Virus record (IMG/VR): IMGVR_UViG_3300043788_000060
Coordinates: 32,001-96,000 of that record
From: a virus
Length of the DNA stretch: 64,000 nucleotides
Strand: one strand, 5' to 3'
Shown: positions 14,453-22,521 of the stretch, piece after piece
How the letters are laid out: each line of letters starts with the position of its first letter
How positions within the stretch are numbered: position 1 is the first letter of the stretch
Program-made: the position numbers and the translations under genes
Notes under the pieces: generated by a model
What the model was told of the DNA's origin: nothing
Database searches by the model: none
The model's input: only the letters and a program-made list of their open reading frames with translations

Positions 14453-16933
14453 ATGAGTTACTCTCCTACAAGTATCGTCACGAGCGGGGCGCTTCCGAAC
14501 TTAGTCGCAATTCACTATGAGCGCGAAGCTGTTCCCAACCTCAAGGCGCAAACTCCTTTCCTTTCCATGACCAAGCAGCGTCCGCTGCCGTTGCGGCAAG
14601 GTAACCAGATTCAGTTCTACACCTACGCGATCTTGGCTGCAAACCTGAACCAAGCCGCTGAGGGAACCGTGAATAAACCTGCGGTTCTAAAATTCGCCCA
14701 AATCCGTCAATACCTGTTTGCAGAAGCCGCCTAGTGTGGTATAATGTGAATAGACAAGACGGAGGAAAATTCTTGCGAAGCGACATCCATCCCAAGCGTT
14801 GGGCTTTCATAGCCGGTCTAATTGACGGTGATGGAAGTTTCAGTATCCGATATGACAAAGAGTCCGGATATCAATTAACTGTTAACATATATTCGACATC
14901 GAGAAATCTGATGAACTGGTTGGTCAAGCTGATTGGTGGCCAGTATCGAAAGATGCCTACGAAGGGCAATCGTAAACAGCGGTATGCTTGGTATTCAGGG
15001 AATTCAGAAATTCCCACCAATGTTGCTCCGTATCTCATTCTCAAGAAAAGTCAGGCAGAGTCTTCCGTTCTATTCTTTAATCTTGGCTCAGAGAGAAATC
15101 CTCAAGCTAGAGAAGAATTGATGAGAGACATTCAAAATGCTAATGACTTTTATGTACCAGCCAATAAAAAAGATGTACAGGATAGTCGAAAAAATCCGAT
15201 AGAACCCACCAAACTGGATTGGGCCTATCTCTCCGGATTGTTTGATGCTGAGGGGTCTTTCGGCCTCCAAAGGCGCAGCAAAAAGGGCAACGGTTCCTAT
15301 ACATCTTACGCACGAATTTCAAACACAGATAATCGGGTATTCTTGTGGATCGCGCCCCGCTTCGGCGGTCGGTTTTCGGTTACTACCAAGGAACACGATA
15401 AAGATGAAGGCGCATGGACGTTGTCCGGCTCCATCGGTTTAGAAGGAAGAAAAGATCGAGAGAACAAACTCTTGGCTTTGGTTCCTTATCTGGTTGCTAA
15501 GAAAGAACGTGCGGTGCTCTTTATGGAGTGGATTAGAAATAACCACCTATTGACCAAAGAGCAAAAATTGGATTATTTTCTGAGAATGAAGGCGTTGAAC
15601 AAACGCGGAATCTCTCTAGAGACTAATACGGCGAACTGTCCAGAAAATGGACAGATGATAGAGTCCGATCCTGATAGCGATATCAGGTGCGACCCAGCAG
15701 TGATGTTGGAGTCCTAAAACACAAATAAGGAAGCCCGATCTCCGAATCGAGCACCAAGATCGTTGCTACCATCGGGCAGTATGCCGATTTTATCAACAGT
15801 TCTGACTTGGCTCTCGACGTAGCAATCGACGATCCGGGTTTGCTCCAGAATCTGGCAAACGAACTCAACTACCGGCTTGCTCTTACCCTCAACTCTCTTG
15901 TCCAGATCACAGCGGACTCGGCAGTTGCGGTGGACTCGCTGGTCAACACACAACTGGCCAACGGCTCGTATCTGACGGCGAACAACCTTCGTTCGGCAGT
16001 TCAGTCGCTGGTATCGGTCAACGCACGGCCTCTCGTAAATAACTCCTACGGTGGAATCATTCACCCGAACGTGGTACGAGACATCCTCAACGACACGTCT
16101 TTCAATGGTCTAACCGACATTGTAAAGCGCGATCCTGAGATGGCGAAGATGCTGTACGAACTCCCGAAGAATGATGATGTTATCAAGTTCGCCGGGGTCA
16201 CGTTCAAGCAAACAAGCACTGCGCCGACGGTGACCATCAGTTCGAACACGTATTACAACACTTACATCTTCGGGGACGACGCGATTTTCAGCGTCTTCTT
16301 GGGCAAGAATCCCGAGGATGGATCGAAGAACTATTTGCAAAAAGTAGCTTGAGCGGGCAACTGCTCTCGAACAGACCGTAAATTCGGTGGAACCCTCACA
16401 GAGGCAATACCGAGCCAAGTCGCGAAAGCGGAAGGTGTAGAGACTAGAGACGGTCCTCCCTATGGGATGATAGTATAGTCCGGACTGCACAGCGATGTGC
16501 AGAGGCAAACAGAAATGATTTGCCCGTCCGAATAATGGACAGTAACAAAACGAAACTCTTCATCCAGAGTGCGCCTGAGCAGGGAAGTGTAAGTGATCCA
16601 GCACGTCAACTTTAGGCGTCACTAAGGCGAAATCCTTAGAAGAAAATTCTATCTAATTGACTTGGAAGCTGAGAAGCCAACAAGGCGGAACCCAGAAATC
16701 GGGACCGTGAGAGACTAAACGATAGAACACCCTTTGGGGTGATGCGATAGTCCGGCCTCATACGAAATGAAGTATGAGAGGTGTGCAGAAATGACGCACC
16801 CCGTCCATTTTAGACGAGTAACATTCCGCAAATTGGAGGCTGGGTTTCTTACAATGTACGGTACACAAACACTTTGCGTCCGGGCAGCACAATGACGCTA
16901 AGACGTTTGCAATCAGAGACATCCAGTTCATAG
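14453..16933 (+). CDS. major capsid protein, N4-gp56 family, 4 exons: 14453-14670, 15728 or 15731-16334, 16553-16606, 16829-16933 (326-327 aa)
   Basis: Spliced product reads ...PLRQGNQIQF...EGTV(G)SP...ATIGQYADF...GIIHP...SKNY|KLFIQ...SDPAR|QIGGWVSY...SSS*, matching the N4-gp56-type motifs EG-x-QYG, IHP and DP..Q..GW. Confidence 0.88.
14717..14746 (+). promoter_or_regulatory. sigma70-type extended -10 promoter inside intron 1
   Basis: TTTGCA-17-TATAAT with TGTGG extension, upstream of the LAGLIDADG ORF. Confidence 0.7.
14773..15717 (+). CDS. double-motif LAGLIDADG homing endonuclease (intron encoded)
   Basis: FIAGLIDGDGSF and YLSGLFDAEGSF; GGAGG SD at 14761 before TTG. Confidence 0.93.
   Translation: MRSDIHPKRWAFIAGLIDGDGSFSIRYDKESGYQLTVNIYSTSRNLMNWLVKLIGGQYRKMPTKGNRKQRYAWYSGNSEIPTNVAPYLILKKSQAESSVLFFNLGSERNPQAREELMRDIQNANDFYVPANKKDVQDSRKNPIEPTKLDWAYLSGLFDAEGSFGLQRRSKKGNGSYTSYARISNTDNRVFLWIAPRFGGRFSVTTKEHDKDEGAWTLSGSIGLEGRKDRENKLLALVPYLVAKKERAVLFMEWIRNNHLLTKEQKLDYFLRMKALNKRGISLETNTANCPENGQMIESDPDSDIRCDPAVMLES
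16335..16552 (+). mobile_element. group I intron 2 of the capsid gene (ORF-less, 218 nt)
   Basis: 5' exon ends CTAT pairing with GTAG; core AATTCGGTGGAA..GCAATACCGAGCC, GAGACTA/ATAGTCC; terminal G16552 restores the frame. Confidence 0.9.
16607..16828 (+). mobile_element. group I intron 3 of the capsid gene (ORF-less, 222 nt)
   Basis: P1 ACGT/GCGT, P3 TTCTATC/GATAGAA, GAGACTA/ATAGTCC; terminal G16828 restores the frame. Confidence 0.9.
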
Positions 16934-16962
16934 GAGTCTTTGAAAAAATAGTTTCGAAATTC

Positions 16963-16994
16963 TTTACACAAAGCCATTAAACTGTGGTATAATG
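16963..16994 (+). promoter_or_regulatory. extended -10 promoter for the GIY-YIG gene
   Basis: TTTACA...TGTGGTATAATG. Confidence 0.7.
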
Positions 16995-17073
16995 TATTTG
17001 AGTTTCGAAATTCAAACCGGGAAGGGCGGTACCTCACTACCGCCCAACTCGACTCATGTGAGGATGAGAGAAC

Positions 17074-17853
17074 ATGTATTACATCTATTTGGTAACGAAT
17101 AAAGTCAACGGAAAGATTTATGTTGGTCAGACTGGGTTGACCATAGAGGAACGTTTTAAAAGTCACATCTGGTCTCGGAACAAGGACGATCATTTTCATG
17201 CGGCAATCCGAAAGTATGGAGAAGACGCTTTCGTCATCCAAGAGTTGGGCAAGTTCGAATCTCTCGAAGAAGCCAACAACGCAGAATCTTTGTGGATAAT
17301 CTCCCTTCGATCCTACGACAGCAAAATTGGCTACAACACGAAATTTGGTGGCGAAAACGGAGGAGCCCCCACCGAAGAAACAAGAATCAAAATCGGATTA
17401 GCAAGCAGCCAAAGAGTTCATGCTGCTGAGACTCGGGAAAAGATGCGAAATTCTCATCTCAAACGCCAAGGAAAAACTACTTCCCACGAGGGAGTGGGGG
17501 TTTTTAAAGGACGTTTTCGGGCGAGAATCAAGATTCACGGAAAAGAAATTTCTTTGGGACAACACGATACCATTGAAGAGGCGGTTGAGTTTCGAAAAAA
17601 GAGTTTAGAACGGCTGAGCCAAATCGGACTAGAAGCTTTCACGGGAGAACTAGAAATCTTCCGTAAAGAAGTAAACAAGAAAAGAATCGCAAACCGGCCT
17701 CACAGAGGACCTTTATCTGACGAAGAAAAGGAACAGATTAGTATTCGCACCAAGAAACGATGGGCGAAGAACTTTAATTGGATGGACGCTCAATTCGTTT
17801 CTCCCTTTGTAACGGACGCCCAAACCCAGCAGAACGATCAGGTTGCATCATGA
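17074..17853 (+). CDS. free-standing GIY-YIG homing endonuclease with NUMOD3 and AP2-like domains
   Basis: YIYLVTN..GKIYVGQT..R, GYN; HAAETREKMRNSH; GVGVFKGRFRARIKIHGKEISLG..TIEEA. Confidence 0.9.
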   Translation: MYYIYLVTNKVNGKIYVGQTGLTIEERFKSHIWSRNKDDHFHAAIRKYGEDAFVIQELGKFESLEEANNAESLWIISLRSYDSKIGYNTKFGGENGGAPTEETRIKIGLASSQRVHAAETREKMRNSHLKRQGKTTSHEGVGVFKGRFRARIKIHGKEISLGQHDTIEEAVEFRKKSLERLSQIGLEAFTGELEIFRKEVNKKRIANRPHRGPLSDEEKEQISIRTKKRWAKNFNWMDAQFVSPFVTDAQTQQNDQVAS

Positions 17854-18119
17854 GCTACGAAACTTGGTTTCACGGCACGAACGAGGATTCGGCTCGTCTA
17901 ATTATTCAAACCGGATTTCAACCCGGAACATATTTTGCAAAACACATGGAAGACGCAATCATATTTGGCGGTCCCTGCGTTTTCTGGATTAGAGTAGAAT
18001 GGGAGCGAAAGAGTTTGGACGGATGGCAGCAGATAAGTTCTAACCATATTCCATCCAAGGCAATTGTAGGATTTTTCCTTGGAGAAGGTTGGTTCGAAGA
18101 AGCCAAGGAGGCCGCATGA
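17850..18119 (+). CDS. small ADP-ribosyltransferase-fold protein (putative)
   Basis: WFHGT...IIQTGF..GTYFA; ATGA overlap with the upstream gene. Confidence 0.55.
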   Translation: MSYETWFHGTNEDSARLIIQTGFQPGTYFAKHMEDAIIFGGPCVFWIRVEWERKSLDGWQQISSNHIPSKAIVGFFLGEGWFEEAKEAA

Positions 18120-18364
18120 TCGCCTGTTGCGGGAGCCGGGCTATTGCGGATTATTGCAAACGGTGCGGTCGGAATTTAACGGCTCTTGGGCAATACCGAG
18201 ATTATGTTCACTATGTCCCCGGAACTCAGACCCCATGTTTGACCATCGAAGAAGCCCTCGGAATGACCGAAGAGGAATTTGACGAGATAATAAATCCTCT
18301 TCAAGAAGAACTCGCAAGAAAGCTATCCGAAACCATTGACCTTTTAGTAAAGGATTTCACCTAA
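18116..18364 (+). CDS. hypothetical protein
   Basis: GGAGG SD, ATGA overlap, CKRC. Confidence 0.55.
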   Translation: MIACCGSRAIADYCKRCGRNLTALGQYRDYVHYVPGTQTPCLTIEEALGMTEEEFDEIINPLQEELARKLSETIDLLVKDFT

Positions 18365-18703
18365 TGCCCGTCTCCCCAGCATCCTCCAGTACCGGCCTGA
18401 CAACTACCACAGCGGTTTTCTACGGCGCGAAAAAGAAACCCAAGCCGAGGAAGAAGCCAAAGAAGAAATGACGGCGCTTTGGATAGTCGGGATAAGTTTA
18501 GGATGCCTTCTTGTAGCCACAATTGCAGCGGCGGTCGTCATCGGCATTGCTAAACAAGCTATCAACTATTTCATTGGTCGCTCTCGATGACGACGATCTA
18601 GTAGCCGACGGAACCCTGTCCGAAGAAGAACTGAAAGAAGCGGTCGAGAAATTCAGGCGGCTGCGGTCGGCGCACTCCGAAGTTTGGGAAGAAGAGGAGT
18701 CCG

Positions 18704-18970
18704 ATGTTTAAAAAGGTCCGCCTGAGCCTGCCTGCCTATTATTGCGTTCTTGGACAGTTCCCGCATTGTGACCAAAGAATTCTTCACGCCCGGGGCGAGT
18801 GCCAATATTGTGATAAGCACCCAGACTGGCAAGCTCTTCGGGAGGCGTGGGGAATATCCTTTACTGGATACGAACCGGAAGACAAAGAATTGCCCTGTCC
18901 GGCGGATTATGCACGAGGAGATTCTCATAAGCTCTGGTATGGAAACGTAGCAGCGAAGGAGTCCGAATAA
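18704..18970 (+). CDS. Cys/His-rich hypothetical protein
   Basis: PHCD..ILH..GECQYC; AGGAG SD; stop lies inside the 15-bp motif. Confidence 0.65.
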   Translation: MFKKVRLSLPAYYCVLGQFPHCDQRILHARGECQYCDKHPDWQALREAWGISFTGYEPEDKELPCPADYARGDSHKLWYGNVAAKESE

Positions 18971-19206
18971 TGGACAAATTCAACCCATTTCGCAAGCTGG
19001 TCCCAAAGTCCAACCGAGTTGTCGGCGCAGTCAAAGCAATCCCGCTGTGGTTCCGGCCTAACATCAAACCGTGGGGTTACTACTCCGGAAGATTGGAAAG
19101 TCGTCCGGATTTCCGGAGACCGAACAGGGTACATCGAATCGAGATTTGTGCAGTAGTTTTTTACTGCATTTGCAGTAAAATGCCCGAGAGGGCCAAAACC
19201 AACTGA
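18970..19206 (+). CDS. hypothetical protein
   Basis: Start ATG supplied by the 15-bp motif (TAATG overlap). Confidence 0.45.
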   Translation: MDKFNPFRKLVPKSNRVVGAVKAIPLWFRPNIKPWGYYSGRLESRPDFRRPNRVHRIEICAVVFYCICSKMPERAKTN

Positions 19207-19251
19207 CTTTAATTCTGAGCACCTAGTCAGTGTGCTGTTCAAGGAGAACAC

Positions 19252-20196
19252 ATGATGTACACGCAGGGATACATAGCATCTTTGAAGGTCGGAGGTAAAA
19301 TCCTCCGGGAATCAAACGGAACAGTTTCGCTCCCATTTGGGTCTGAATATTCCGTGCTCCTCAAAAACAAACTCTCCCGTCGGGCTCAAGTCAAAGTCGA
19401 AGTAGACGGCCAAGACGCGACCGAGGGAACCAAGCTGATCCTGCCCGCAAACGGATCGCTGGAGCTAGAACGCTTTATCAAGTCTGGCAACCTAAAAGCG
19501 GGCAACAAGTTCAAGTTTATCGAACGGACTTCGAAGATCGAAGAACACCGGGGAATCAAAGAAGACGACGGCTTGATCCGAATCGAATTCTGGGCTGAGA
19601 AAGAAGTCGTAGATGTACCGGTTGTCCGGCATCATTATTACGATGATTGGGTTCCAGTCCGCAGATATTACTGGGATCGCCCGTGGTATGATCCGTACTA
19701 CCCGACATGGCCTCAACCGACGATTACTTGGAATTCCAATTCCGGTATCCAAACTTCCTGCTATAATACAAGCGGAAGTTTAGGAGAGGCACAAAGCGAT
19801 AATCTGGGCTCGGCGCAAAATTTTTCTGGCAGTTTGCAAAAATCTTCTGCGAGACAGACCAGAAGTCTACACCCGCAAGCGTCTAGCGGCATCACTCGCG
19901 ATTCAGGTCAGCAAGTTCATGCTCAGAACTGCATGATGGCGGAAACCAGTTTCAACGACGCAGGAATCACGGTCCCGGGAAGTCACTCAAACCAAGAGTT
20001 CCAAAGCACTTACGGGTTTGAAACCGAATCGAACAGTCACGTGATTGTACTTCAGTTGCGGGGTGTGGTTGGGGACAAACCAGTCGTAGTTCCGGTTACC
20101 GTAGACCACAAGCCGGTCTGCCCAACCTGCGGAACTACAAACAAGGCGCAAAATAAATTCTGCAAAGAATGCGGAACGGCCTTGCAATTAGTCTAA
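19252..20196 (+). CDS. conserved phage protein with C-terminal zinc ribbon
   Basis: 314 aa; CPTC...KFCKECG; AAGGAG SD. Confidence 0.8.
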   Translation: MMYTQGYIASLKVGGKILRESNGTVSLPFGSEYSVLLKNKLSRRAQVKVEVDGQDATEGTKLILPANGSLELERFIKSGNLKAGNKFKFIERTSKIEEHRGIKEDDGLIRIEFWAEKEVVDVPVVRHHYYDDWVPVRRYYWDRPWYDPYYPTWPQPTITWNSNSGIQTSCYNTSGSLGEAQSDNLGSAQNFSGSLQKSSARQTRSLHPQASSGITRDSGQQVHAQNCMMAETSFNDAGITVPGSHSNQEFQSTYGFETESNSHVIVLQLRGVVGDKPVVVPVTVDHKPVCPTCGTTNKAQNKFCKECGTALQLV

Positions 20197-20210
20197 AGTG
20201 TGGTATAATG
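20182..20210 (+). promoter_or_regulatory. sigma70-type promoter upstream of the large ncRNA
   Basis: TTGCAA-16-TATAAT with TGTGG extension. Confidence 0.72.
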
Positions 20211-20214
20211 TATT

Positions 20215-21005
20215 TGTTAGGTAGCGGGTTTCACCGGCCAAGGCGGAGTCTTTAAGCGAGAACAAAAACGGGAATGACTCTAACCGGTAGAGTGACCTTG
20301 GTTTGCAGATAGCAACATAACCGCCCAGAGCGTGATTATGCTGCCTATAAATTTCGAGTTTGCGTAAATCGAGGGATGCTGGCTACTGAGGAGCGAAGGT
20401 AGCTGGATCGGGAACTTCCCAAACCACCCCGATCTTTGCCCTCCTTGCTCAGAAATGACGATTTACGCAATGAAGGTGAGGGCCACGGTTGGTCATACGT
20501 CCAAACTGTTGGGTAGGTACTGGATGGGACAGCCTCCAACAGCCCGTGGCCTGATTCCCAAAGGACAACATGATTGATTCAGAGTTTGGTTGGTGGCGTA
20601 GTTGGATTAGTGAGCTTCTTTCCTAGATCGATCTGGGAAAGATGAACCAGAGGTAGTTTCAGTTCAGCCCTCTCACCCCCGGAAGTCATGAGCCGGACTC
20701 GGGTGCTTATTAGAACTGAAGCGGGGATGGGGCTCGGGTTTGGCCTCAACGCATACCCACGGGGTTCATTACCCAACAGGCCCAACATTTTAGGTTTGAC
20801 CCTCTTCGGAGGAGAACAGCAACAAGCGGAACTTTAGTTCACACAAACTTGAGTTTTGACGCATCCCCCTCGCCCGGTACCTGCTTGTTTGGGGTGGCCC
20901 CTGAATTCCTAGGAATTCAGTAATCCGGTGGTCAAATGGTGGTGACACCTACCAGCCTGTGTGGGCAAAGTGGTGTGACTCTAGCATTCTCAGAGTAGAA
21001 GCTTA
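20215..21005 (+). ncRNA. large structured ncRNA candidate (~800 nt; GOLLD/ROOL size class)
   Basis: No credible ORF; nested helices TAGGTAGC/GCTGCCTA, TTGCGTAAATCG/CGATTTACGCAA, GATCGGG/CCCGATC, GGCCACGG/CCGTGGCC, TTCAGTTC/GAACTGAA, CTGAATTCCTAGGAATTCAG. Confidence 0.75.
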
Positions 21006-21038
21006 ATTTCGTCCAGATAATGGACTAGGGAGAAAACG

Positions 21039-21194
21039 ATGGCACCAAAGCATCCGGGGTTCAAAGCAGTTCAATCGAAGATCGCAGGAGAAGGCTATAG
21101 CAAGAAAGCAGCCGGAGCGATCCTCGCAAACGCGACACGAAATGCCAGCAAGTCTGCGAAGGCAAAGAACCCCAAACTCCGCAAAGTCAAGTAG
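21039..21194 (+). CDS. small basic phage protein
   Basis: MAPKHPGFKAVQSKIAGEGYSKKAAGAILANATRNASKSAKAKNPKLRKVK; GGGAG SD. Confidence 0.75.
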   Translation: MAPKHPGFKAVQSKIAGEGYSKKAAGAILANATRNASKSAKAKNPKLRKVK

Positions 21195-21422
21195 ATGGAA
21201 GAATCTCTTCAAATCCACCACAGCGAGCAGATTCACTGGGCTTCCTACGATCCGGACACCCAGCAATTGAACCTGACGCTCAACGACCGGAGAAAGCACG
21301 GGTATTCGCCGGTCCCCCAAAAGGTGGTTAACGGATTTGTCCGCGCTAAATCCCACGGGGATTTTTTCCACAAGAACATCAGAAACAACCCGAATTACCG
21401 ATACCACGGAAAGGTAGAATGA
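21195..21422 (+). CDS. KTSC domain protein
   Basis: SEQIHWASYDPDTQQL...Y..VP...A.S.G.FF..NIR. Confidence 0.82.
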   Translation: MEESLQIHHSEQIHWASYDPDTQQLNLTLNDRRKHGYSPVPQKVVNGFVRAKSHGDFFHKNIRNNPNYRYHGKVE

Positions 21423-21748
21423 ACATGAAACTGGCTTTACTTTCAGTGTTCCTAGCGTTACCACTTTTGCTTCCGGCGCAAGTCGTGGTTTCTCCCGCCC
21501 CGGAAACGACCGTGACCTTGTCTGGAGCGGGCACAATTTCCTCCTACAGTATTTTGGTTTCAACGGGGGACCCATGTGCGCTATACGGGGGAAAACAACT
21601 CAAGGATGGAACCTGTCAAACGACCTTTGATTTTCATATGGGTCCGGACAATTCCGTTTGTCTCTTGCATTTTTCTCTAAAACTCTGGCACGATCCGAAG
21701 GTAATTTGCACTTGGACTCCCAACACCTCGAAAGGAAACACCAAATGA
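21419..21748 (+). CDS. secreted hypothetical protein
   Basis: Signal peptide MKLALLSVFLALPLLLPA-Q; 4 Cys. Confidence 0.65.
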   Translation: MNMKLALLSVFLALPLLLPAQVVVSPAPETTVTLSGAGTISSYSILVSTGDPCALYGGKQLKDGTCQTTFDFHMGPDNSVCLLHFSLKLWHDPKVICTWTPNTSKGNTK

Positions 21749-22056
21749 AGAAAGTATCCGGCCTACTGGCGGTACTGTTCGCCGCAACACTCGTAGCACA
21801 AACACCGCTTCCGCCTAAGATTCCGGTGGAAGTTCTCAAACAGTTTTATGCGGCAGACGCCGCCCAGCAAAGGGCCCAGCGCGAATTGGATTCAGCGCAG
21901 AGAGATATCCAATCAGCAAACGACGGCTGGAAGCAGGCTGTTAGTTCTCTACAAAAGATTTGTGGAGATAAATTTGCTCTGAAACAGGATACAGTCAACA
22001 CCGACCCGTATTGTGTGGCCAAACCTGAACCAGAGAAACCATCTGAAAAGAAATAA
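21745..22056 (+). CDS. secreted coiled-coil protein
   Basis: Signal peptide MKKVSGLLAVLFAATLVA-Q; 2 Cys. Confidence 0.7.
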   Translation: MKKVSGLLAVLFAATLVAQTPLPPKIPVEVLKQFYAADAAQQRAQRELDSAQRDIQSANDGWKQAVSSLQKICGDKFALKQDTVNTDPYCVAKPEPEKPSEKK

Positions 22057-22060
22057 GCTC

Positions 22061-22132
22061 GGCTCGGCGCTTTATCCTCCTTTCTCGCCGAGTCACCGGG
22101 GACGGAATAATTCCTCCTTCCTCCGTCCCCGG
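22061..22132 (+). ncRNA. twin hairpins with anti-Shine-Dalgarno (UCCUCCU) loops
   Basis: GGCTCGGCG/CGCCGAGTC with loop CTTTATCCTCCTTTCT; CCGGGGACGGA/TCCGTCCCCGG with loop ATAATTCCTCCTTCC. Confidence 0.55.
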
Positions 22133-22155
22133 AGTTCTTCAATCGAAAGGCTTTT

Positions 22156-22521
22156 ATGACAAACTGGCGCACTTTCCAACCGGTGTCGAAAGAAGAACAC
22201 CTGATTCTCATTAACGAAATTCAACTTCTCCGAAAGGAAATTAAAGAACTCATGAGCACCGTACCTACTGGACTAGCAGCACTTACCCAAGCCGATGCCG
22301 ATCTCGCGGCAGCAATCACAGCTAACACCACCGAAACCACCGCAGTTGTTGCGGCAATTGCAGCACTTAGCGCACAGCTTACTGCGCTGAATAGCGAGGA
22401 CCCGCAGGTAGCGACTATCGCCGCCGATCTCGAAACCAAAGTTGCTGCCCTGACAGCGAATACAACCGCGTTGACAGCCGCTATTGCTCCGCCCGCATCG
22501 ACAACCCCAGCAGCTTCCTAA
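22156..22521 (+). CDS. Ala/Thr-rich coiled-coil protein
   Basis: 121-aa ORF; alternative start at 22252. Confidence 0.7.
   Translation: MTNWRTFQPVSKEEHLILINEIQLLRKEIKELMSTVPTGLAALTQADADLAAAITANTTETTAVVAAIAALSAQLTALNSEDPQVATIAADLETKVAALTANTTALTAAIAPPASTTPAAS

Larger units (their letters stand above)
14671..15730 (+). mobile_element. group I intron 1 of the capsid gene, carrying a homing endonuclease
   Basis: P1 GAACCGT/GCGGTTC with U.G at the splice site, P3 TTCGCC/GGCGAA, P4 CCGTC/GACGG, P7 GAGACTA/GAGTCC; 3' end is 15730 or 15727. Confidence 0.85.

Noticed and set aside
14453-16933. Capsid gene as a pseudogene, frameshifted gene or stop-codon recoding
   Set aside because: The interruptions have group I cores and precise removal restores one frame; other long genes read normally in the standard code
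20215-21005. tmRNA, RNase P RNA or group I/II intron
   Set aside because: No tRNA-like ends with CCA, no P7 GACUA/UAGUC pair, no group II domain V or flanking exons recognised
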